From a virus (Duplodnaviria; Heunggongvirae; Uroviricota; Caudoviricetes), in the IMG/VR virus record IMGVR_UViG_2548876950_000004, positions 1 to 13,411 of that record: 13,411 nucleotides of DNA. The stretch is one strand, 5' to 3'. This document shows positions 7,976-13,411 of this stretch, in pieces. A model generated the notes under the pieces. That model saw nothing but the letters and a program-made list of their open reading frames with translations, did no database searches and was not told the DNA's origin. Both the position numbers and the translations under genes were made by a program. Each line of letters begins with the position of its first letter. The first letter of the stretch is position 1.

Positions 7976-8020
7976 CGTAGGTTAGCCTCTTACGTGCCGA
8001 AAGGCAAGGAGAAGCAGGCT

Positions 8021-8176
8021 ATGAAGCAGCAAAAGGCGATGTTAATCGCCCTGATCGTCATCTGTTTAACCGTCATAGTGACGGCACTGGTAACGAGGAA
8101 AGACCTCTGCGAGGTACGAATCCGAACCGGTCAGACGGAGGTCGCTGTCTTCGTAGACTACGAATCTGAGAAGTAA
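8021..8176 (+). CDS. hok: Hok/Gef-family type I toxin, 51 aa; in-frame upstream start at 7964 gives a 70-aa Mok-like form
   Basis: MKQQKAMLIALIVICLTVIVTALVTRKDLCEVRIRTGQTEVAVFVDYESEK has the hallmark Hok/Gef transmembrane segment and TRKDLCEV...GQTEVA motif; AGGAG upstream of ATG 8021. Confidence 0.8.
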   Translation: MKQQKAMLIALIVICLTVIVTALVTRKDLCEVRIRTGQTEVAVFVDYESEK

Positions 8177-8244
8177 GAGACCAGGCGGGGGAGTAATCTC
8201 CCGCCACCTCTGATGTGTCAGGCATCCTCAACGCACCCGCACTA

Positions 8245-8267
8245 AACCCGCTTCGGCGGGTTTTTTG
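8245..8267 (+). terminator. Intrinsic terminator at the 3' end of the hok transcript
   Basis: Hairpin AACCCGC-TTCG-GCGGGTT followed by TTTTTTGTT; a second GC-rich hairpin lies just upstream (about 8192-8210). Confidence 0.7.
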
Positions 8268-8451
8268 TTGCGTGCTGAATGCGCAGGGTGAAAAATAACC
8301 ATATATTTGATTATATACACAACAAAAAATAAAAGTCATTGTACCTGCACATTAAATAATCAAATATACAGCGTGAAATAAATATTTTTCAGATTAATAT
8401 TTTTGTCTCTATGTGGATATAACCGTTTGTACTTATAAACTCGGAGGCATC

Positions 8452-8664
8452 GTGGAAAAAATAAAGAAACTATTTAGTTGCAAATACGCAGTCATACGTC
8501 GTGATGACCTGTCAGTTATAGTCGAAATGGATTACTTCCCTGAAACCCCAAAATCAATGATGTATCGTAATGGTCGAAAGGCAATTTTTTTACCGATGAG
8601 GGTAAGTGACATTATGGGAAATGATAAACTGCTGGATGAATTGCGAGTCAGAGCATCCTGTTAG
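8452..8664 (+). CDS. Hypothetical protein, about 70 aa
   Basis: GTG at 8452 with GGAGG 4 nt upstream, preferred over the ATG at 8413 which lacks a ribosome-binding site; AT-rich promoter-like region upstream. Confidence 0.45.
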   Translation: MEKIKKLFSCKYAVIRRDDLSVIVEMDYFPETPKSMMYRNGRKAIFLPMRVSDIMGNDKLLDELRVRASC

Positions 8665-8735
8665 TATTGGCATTAATTCTGGTATACTACATAACGGGCT
8701 GAACACCCATTCTACTGCGCCAGCGGAGAACTACG

Positions 8736-9335
8736 ATGGCGCATATACAACTGGTCAAACAAACCTCTTCCGGATTACTTCTCCCGGCGACACCGGAGAG
8801 TTGCGATTTTTTGCATCAAATCAAAATAGGCGAGTGGATACACGCAGACTTTAAGCGTGTGCGTAACTACGCATTCCACAAGCGTTTTTTCAAACTCCTG
8901 CAACTGGGATTCGATTACTGGACTCCGGTCGGTGGGGCGATCACGCCTCGCGAACGAGAACTGCTGTCTGGTTTCGTTGATTACCTGTGCGAATCAGTTG
9001 GTCGGGAACACACGCCAGCCCTGAGTGATGCCGCAGAGCAATATCTGAATACAGTTGCGACACGCAGAACCCGGGATACGGCATTGTTAAAGTCGTTTGA
9101 GGCTTTTCGCGAGTGGGTAACCATTCAGGCTGGATTTTACACCGAACATTTTTATCCGGACGGTAGCCATGGGCGTCGGGCGAAATCCATCGCTTTTGCG
9201 AATATGGACGAAACCGAGTTTCAGCAGGTTTATAAATCTGTTCTGAATGTGCTGTGGAACTGGATTCTGTTCCGTAAATTTTCCTCTCCGGAACAAGTCG
9301 AAAATGTGGCCGCGCAGCTGCTGGAGTTTGCGTAA
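8736..9335 (+). CDS. Conserved lambdoid nin-region protein, 199 aa
   Basis: GGAGA 6 nt upstream of the ATG; stop overlaps the next start (TAATG); family assignment (DUF1367-like) is from memory only. Confidence 0.55.
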   Translation: MAHIQLVKQTSSGLLLPATPESCDFLHQIKIGEWIHADFKRVRNYAFHKRFFKLLQLGFDYWTPVGGAITPRERELLSGFVDYLCESVGREHTPALSDAAEQYLNTVATRRTRDTALLKSFEAFREWVTIQAGFYTEHFYPDGSHGRRAKSIAFANMDETEFQQVYKSVLNVLWNWILFRKFSSPEQVENVAAQLLEFA

Positions 9336-9625
9336 TGGTGGATTTACGTAAAGCGGCGCGGGGGCAGATGTGCACCGTCAGAATTCCTGGCTACTGCAAT
9401 CACGATCCGGAAACGTCTGTGCTGGCGCATTACCGACTGGCGGGAACGTGCGGAACAGCGATAAAGCCACACGATATGCAGGCAGCGATTGCCTGTAGCT
9501 CGTGCCACGATTTAATCGACGGGCGGGTAAAAACCGGCGATTACACCAAAGAAGAATTACGCCTGATGCATGCAGAAGGTGTTTTTCGCACACAAGAAAT
9601 CTGGAGAAAGGAGGGATATTTATGA
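9335..9625 (+). CDS. YbcO-like (DUF1364) cysteine-rich protein, putative nuclease, 96 aa
   Basis: Size and several cysteines (CTVRIPGYC...CGT...ACSSCHD) fit the YbcO family that sits before Q in lambdoid prophages; translationally coupled on both sides. Confidence 0.55.
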   Translation: MVDLRKAARGQMCTVRIPGYCNHDPETSVLAHYRLAGTCGTAIKPHDMQAAIACSSCHDLIDGRVKTGDYTKEELRLMHAEGVFRTQEIWRKEGYL

Positions 9626-10176
9626 TTTACCCAACGAATACAGGAAAAAGCGGAGAACACCTTCGTCTCACCACGCTGGAAAGTGTCTGGATTCAGGGAA
9701 AACTACGTATGTGGGGGCGCTGGTCGTATATTGGCGGCGGTAAGACGGGAAATATGTTTAACCAGTTGCTGACCTCTAAAAAGCTAACAAAAACGGCAAT
9801 TAATGAGGCGCTCCGGAGGATGAAAAAAGCAGGTCTGGACAAACCTGAACTTGAGGCTTTTTTGCGGGATATGATCAACGGCAAGCAAAAAAGCTGGCTG
9901 GTGCATTGTACTGATGCAGAGGCGTTATGCATTGATCGGGTGATTAGTGAAGTGCTGGCAGAACACCCAGGATTGATTTGTATCCTCCGGCAAAGATATG
10001 AAGGGCGGGGGATGAGTAAGCGCAAAATGGCTGAATTGCTAAATGATGCACACCCTGAGTGGTGTTTTCGGACGTGCTGCAGTCGGGTAGATGTATGGCT
10101 AAATCTTGCTGAATATATGCTCTATCTGCCGATGCGTGATGCATTCTCTTCCGGGTATTTAAAAACTGTCTGTTGA
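9622..10176 (+). CDS. Putative late-gene antiterminator Q, 184 aa
   Basis: Called mainly from position: last gene of the nin-like block, immediately followed by a strong promoter overlapping its stop and a short terminated leader. Strong AAAGGAGGG ribosome-binding site. Sequence family not confirmed. Confidence 0.5.
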   Translation: MIYPTNTGKSGEHLRLTTLESVWIQGKLRMWGRWSYIGGGKTGNMFNQLLTSKKLTKTAINEALRRMKKAGLDKPELEAFLRDMINGKQKSWLVHCTDAEALCIDRVISEVLAEHPGLICILRQRYEGRGMSKRKMAELLNDAHPEWCFRTCCSRVDVWLNLAEYMLYLPMRDAFSSGYLKTVC

Positions 10177-10202
10177 CTCAATCTGTTATCCGGGGCTATA
10201 TT
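10173..10202 (+). promoter_or_regulatory. PR'-like late promoter (TTGACT-N18-TATATT)
   Basis: -35 TTGACT at 10173-10178 overlaps the stop of the upstream gene; -10 TATATT at 10197-10202. Confidence 0.55.
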
Positions 10203-10264
10203 CCTCACGCGCCAGCAAAATCTGGCGTCGGGATTAGGAACCCCGGATAGAGACCGCGACAGAC

Positions 10265-10287
10265 ACACGCCGCGAGCGTGTTTTTTA
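10265..10287 (+). terminator. tR'-like intrinsic terminator ending a short (about 80 nt) leader RNA
   Basis: Hairpin ACACGC-CGCGA-GCGTGT followed by TTTTTTATT, about 60-80 nt downstream of the PR'-like promoter. Confidence 0.65.
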
Positions 10288-10449
10288 TTGTCGTATGCAC
10301 GCGCACATCTGAATTATGGTGGGGCGTATGGGGGAGCTGAAAAGCTCGCCGGTTGGTTTCCCGGTAGTTCCTAACCCTGTACGTCTCACCACCCGATGAT
10401 TAGGAACCTGACGGTGGTGATGGTTTAGAAACCACCAGAGGGCGTCATT

Positions 10450-11031
10450 ATGACAACTCAAATTTCTGTTGAAACTCTCTCCCCGATCACCCATAACCAG
10501 ATTCCTGTTATTACCACCGAACTTTTGGCGCAGTTGTACGGTGCTGGAGTTAAGAACATTCAAAATAACTACGCCAGAAATGCTGAGCGCTTTATTGAAG
10601 GAAAGCATTTTTTCAAAGTGGCTGGCGATGCCCTGAAAAATTTGCGGGTAGCTTTAAACTACTCACAAAATTTGCAACCATCTTTAAGAGGGTTACAAAT
10701 TTCCCCGAAAGCCCGCTCCCTCATCCTCTGGACAGAACGCGGAGCAGCCCGTCATGCCAAAATGCTGGAAACCGATCAGGCGTGGGATGTGTTCGAAAAG
10801 CTGGAAGACTGCTATTTCAGACAAAAGGATCCGTCAGCGCCAGTTTCATGCCAGAAAAGTTACGACACGCGAGTTCTCTGTTATCAGAGAGGCGGTGTCA
10901 CTGTTTCCACAATTCAGTTACGGGATGATGATATTGTTATTTCCCTTGAGTCATGGCTGGAACTGGCGAGAGCCAATGGTTGGTTTGTTGTTCGCAGAGA
11001 TAAACTGGTGGAAAGGTTGATGCAGCTTTAA
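10450..11031 (+). CDS. ORF6N/KilA-N-like domain protein (antirepressor-type regulator), 193 aa
   Basis: N-terminal IPVITTELLAQLYGAGVKNIQNNYARNAERFIEGKHFFKV matches the recalled ORF6N consensus (LAELYG...RN..RF...F). Confidence 0.55.
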   Translation: MTTQISVETLSPITHNQIPVITTELLAQLYGAGVKNIQNNYARNAERFIEGKHFFKVAGDALKNLRVALNYSQNLQPSLRGLQISPKARSLILWTERGAARHAKMLETDQAWDVFEKLEDCYFRQKDPSAPVSCQKSYDTRVLCYQRGGVTVSTIQLRDDDIVISLESWLELARANGWFVVRRDKLVERLMQL

Positions 11032-11128
11032 AAAAGTTCTTGCATTTTTGCACATAAACTGCTTCAATTCCTGTATGCTTCGCAAAGCTGTATCGCGAGG
11101 CGAAACGCAAGTTTTTTTCGCACAAGGA

Positions 11129-11151
11129 AGCCACCGGAAGGTGGTTTTTTT
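11129..11151 (+). terminator. Intrinsic terminator after the ORF6N gene
   Basis: Hairpin CCACC-GGAA-GGTGG followed by TTTTTTT. Confidence 0.65.
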
Positions 11152-11274
11152 GTGTCCGTAATATACAGCAGCGCAATAAATTCGCTGGTGGTTATTAATA
11201 CCGTTCTTTCAGCTTGCTGGCTTTTTCGACAAGAGTTATTGGTATGTCACGTTAACCGGAAAGGGTAAAAAGAC

Positions 11275-11472
11275 ATGCTGAAACAGCAGGATATGACAGA
11301 AACCGCCAGAGTTGTGTTTGATGAATTAAGCGTTACCGAACCGGCGACAGTCGGGGAGATTGCGCAGAATACTTACCTTTCACGCGAACGCTGCCAGTTA
11401 ATACTGACCCAGCTGGTTATGGCGGGTCTGGCAGACTATCAGTGCGGTTGTTACAGACGCATTCAGTCCTGA
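11275..11472 (+). CDS. Small putative DNA-binding protein, 65 aa
   Basis: ORF with a weak AAGGG ribosome-binding site; the VGEIAQNTYLSRERCQLILTQLVMAGL segment looks like a winged-helix/HTH. Confidence 0.4.
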   Translation: MLKQQDMTETARVVFDELSVTEPATVGEIAQNTYLSRERCQLILTQLVMAGLADYQCGCYRRIQS

Positions 11473-11505
11473 AGGCTTTTTATTTGTGGTAAATGGGCGG
11501 CTGGT

Positions 11506-11513
11506 GGGGGGGG
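11506..11513. repeat. Homopolymeric G8 tract upstream of the AraC-family gene
   Basis: Eight consecutive G (GGTGGGGGGGGCGG) about 95 bp upstream of the ATG at 11608. Confidence 0.8.
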
Positions 11514-11607
11514 CGGCACCTGTCAGTCCTTTGCTTATGTGTTGATGATAATTTACCTTTTGGGGCTATAATTGAGCTAACCAATTGCTAATGAAAGTAA
11601 AATTATA

Positions 11608-12321
11608 ATGGCTGTTGTCTGTTCAGTTATCATGGTTTGCTCCCCAATTAATATTTTTCTTGAAAAGGATACGTTGTCACTTAAGCCAGGCTCAGTCGTT
11701 CTGGCCACCAAATGCATCAGGGAGCTTTTCCTTATGCATTATGGCAAAGTTAAAATTGTCGATATAAGCGAATCCGTCGTAAGTCAATATCTGGAAAGTC
11801 AGCATAAGCTGACGAGGACTCGTCTGACTGACATTCCGCTTTACCTGTTGCTGGAACCCAACAATCCTGCGTTGGCTGCGGCTTTAATTACCAGCCAGGG
11901 ATTTTCCGGAGAGGTCACGGATATGTTTCTTATGATGGCCTGCCTGTCTCTGTTTGAAACAGATGAACGGATGTCATTGTTTTTAAGTGGATGTTTATCC
12001 AGCATAAGTGCCAAAGTCAGGGCGATAATTCAGACAGATATATCAGCAAGCTGGACGCTTGGTGCGATTGCTCTACAGTTGCATATGAGTGAGAGTTTGT
12101 TAAAGACAAAACTGAAAAATGAAGGGGGCATGTTCAGTCGCTTGTTGCTGGAAGAGCGGATGCGTGTTGCTGTAAATATGTTATGTTCCCGGCATGGATA
12201 TGGACAGGCTGTAGCAGAAAAATGCGGTTATTCAAGCAGGTCCTACTTTATTTCTGTATTTCACCGCTATTATGGCTTCCCGCCAGACAGATATGTATCC
12301 AGGCAAGGGCTTGATTATTGA
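11608..12321 (+). CDS. AraC/XylS-family transcriptional regulator, 237 aa
   Basis: C-terminal double-HTH typical of the family (SWTLGAIALQLHMSESLLKTKLK...YGQAVAEKCGYSSRSYFISVFHRYYGFPP); located in the cargo slot between Q and the lysis genes. Confidence 0.75.
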   Translation: MAVVCSVIMVCSPINIFLEKDTLSLKPGSVVLATKCIRELFLMHYGKVKIVDISESVVSQYLESQHKLTRTRLTDIPLYLLLEPNNPALAAALITSQGFSGEVTDMFLMMACLSLFETDERMSLFLSGCLSSISAKVRAIIQTDISASWTLGAIALQLHMSESLLKTKLKNEGGMFSRLLLEERMRVAVNMLCSRHGYGQAVAEKCGYSSRSYFISVFHRYYGFPPDRYVSRQGLDY

Positions 12322-12349
12322 TTTTCATCTGATTATTATTTTTTGGCTC

Positions 12350-12425
12350 GGCCCTTTAGCTCAGTGGTGAGAGCGAGCGACTCATAATCGCCAGGTCGCT
12401 GGTTCAAATCCAGCAAGGGCCACCA
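12350..12425 (+). tRNA. tRNA with CAU anticodon (Ile2/Met type, ileX-like)
   Basis: Cloverleaf by hand: acceptor GGCCCTT/AAGGGCC, anticodon loop CTCATAA, T-loop TTCAAAT, 3' CCA. Close to the host ileX sequence as I recall it. Confidence 0.7.
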
Positions 12426-12426
12426 A

Positions 12427-12503
12427 CCGCCACTAGCTCATCAGGAAAGAGCGTCAACCCTTTAAGTTGAGTGTGCGAGGTTCGAGTCCCCGGTGGCGGT
12501 CCA
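12427..12503 (+). tRNA. Atypical tRNA-like gene, anticodon UUU (Lys-like), possibly a pseudo-tRNA
   Basis: Acceptor CCGCCAC/GTGGCGG with CCA end, D-arm and TTCGAGT T-loop present, but C at position 33, a C1:G72 start and one T-stem mismatch. Confidence 0.45.
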
Positions 12504-12505
12504 GT

Positions 12506-12581
<76 letters not shown>

Positions 12582-12584
12582 TAT

Positions 12585-12659
<75 letters not shown>

Positions 12660-12866
12660 GTTAGAGTCTTTCAGTCTGCGATGATGGGAAATCCCGGAGT
12701 GACTGAAAGACGTTTAGGTTATGAATGATCGCTTTTTTTTGCAAAATTGCTGTGCAGAAATACTAACCTTCGGGCAGGCGATCATTCATAAGCACTCTGC
12801 TTTTATTCCGATTAACTGTGGGTGGTTTGTTGGATAGAGTGCTTTCCTGACTGTAGATCCAATTTC

Positions 12867-12891
12867 GCCCGCTTTTGCGGGCTTTTCTTTT
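12867..12891 (+). terminator. Intrinsic terminator downstream of the tRNA cluster
   Basis: Hairpin GCCCGC-TTTT-GCGGGC followed by TTTTCTTTT. Confidence 0.7.
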
Positions 12892-12951
12892 CAAATCCCT
12901 TTCATCTCTCAGTGTAAAACTACGCCATCCGTTATTTGCGGAGGTGAGGCT

Positions 12952-13167
12952 ATGAAATCCATGGACAAAATTTCAACGGGCATTGCCTACGGCACCTCCG
13001 CAGGCAGTGCTGGCTACTGGTTTTTACAGTGGCTTGATCAAGTCAGTCCGTCACAGTGGGCTGCGATTGGTGTACTGGGGAGTCTGATTCTGGGCTTCCT
13101 GACTTATCTGACAAATCTGTACTTCAAAATCAGAGAAGACAAGCGTAAGGCTGCACGGGGAGAGTAA
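12952..13167 (+). CDS. Phage 21-type class II holin (pinholin) with dual-start motif, 71 aa
   Basis: [27 protein letters not shown]...[13 protein letters not shown] closely matches S21 as I recall it, including the M-K-S-M dual start (12952 and 12961); GGAGGTGAGG ribosome-binding site. Confidence 0.85.
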   Translation: MKSMDKISTGIAYGTSAGSAGYWFLQWLDQVSPSQWAAIGVLGSLILGFLTYLTNLYFKIREDKRKAARGE

Positions 13168-13171
13168 TTCA

Positions 13172-13358
13172 ATGACTCAAAACTATGAAGTGATTGTGAA
13201 AGGGATCCGCAATTTTGAGAATAAAGTTACGGTAACTTTAGCGTTACGGGACAAAAAACGCTTTGACGGTGAAATTTTTGACCTGGACATCTCGCTGGAC
13301 CGTGTTGAAGGTGCCGCGCTGGAGTTTTATGAGGCAGCAGCCAGAAGGAGCATCAGAC
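13172..13358 (+). pseudogene. Lysis-region gene (possibly YdfR-like) truncated by the IS insertion
   Basis: ATG at 13172 with GGGGAGAG upstream; ORF MTQNYEVIVKGIRNFENKVTV... runs in frame into the IS-end sequence at 13359 with no stop before the window edge. Family name from memory only. Confidence 0.4.
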
Positions 13359-13411
13359 TGAACCGCCCCGGGTTTCCTGGAGAGTGTTTTATCTGTGAAC
13401 TCAGGCTGCCA
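13359..13411 (+). mobile_element. Terminal inverted repeat of an IS3-family insertion sequence (element body lies right of the window)
   Basis: TGAACCGCCCCGGGTTTCCTGGAGAG..., the exact reverse complement of window positions 2-54. Confidence 0.5.

Noticed and set aside
8073-8339. Minus-strand ORF 8073..8339
   Set aside because: Overlaps the hok coding region and its terminator hairpins; antisense artefact.
8606-9593. ORF 8606..8854 (+) and minus-strand ORFs 8941..9375, 9087..9296, 9378..9593
   Set aside because: Out of frame with or antisense to the nin-region genes, which are translationally coupled.
9693-10608. Minus-strand ORFs 9693..10025, 9944..10144 and 10285..10608
   Set aside because: Antisense to the putative Q gene or spanning the PR'-like leader and ORF6N start; no start signals.
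11140-11160. Possible LexA box near CCGTAATATACAG, and a wider search for SOS boxes upstream of the ORF6N and small regulator genes
   Set aside because: Spacing and half-sites do not fit CTGT-N8-ACAG; no convincing SOS box found by eye.
10754-11176. ORF 10754..11020 (+) and minus-strand ORF 10937..11176
   Set aside because: The first is an alternative frame inside the ORF6N gene; the second runs through the terminator hairpin.

Overview
This window reads as a lambdoid (Rac/Qin-like) enterobacterial prophage segment in canonical early-to-late order, bounded at both edges by the same 53-bp sequence in inverted orientation. That sequence looks like an IS3-family terminal repeat (begins TGAACCGCCCCGGG), and each copy truncates a gene. 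From left to right: two small minus-strand genes; a divergent immunity switch (short CI-like repressor lacking a peptidase domain, Cro-like protein, YdaT/CII-like protein); a replication module (DnaT-like initiator with DnaC-like loader) carrying repeated TGTAACGC-N5-GCGTTACA palindromes; an accessory block (two HTH proteins, a small putative DPPH methyltransferase, three hypothetical proteins including a 473-aa DUF551-like protein, two tiny hydrophobic peptides, and a hok-family type I toxin locus); a nin-like region (YbcO-like protein) and a putative Q antiterminator followed by a PR'-like promoter and short terminated leader; a cargo region between Q and lysis (ORF6N protein, small HTH protein, AraC-family regulator with an upstream G8 tract, four tandem tRNAs); and an S21-type pinholin. 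All calls are from reading the sequence and recalled family features; no searches were run. No single region could be confirmed as an undescribed system; the candidates worth testing are the palindrome set in the replication gene, the 5573-7775 accessory cluster with its small peptides, and the regulator/tRNA cargo.
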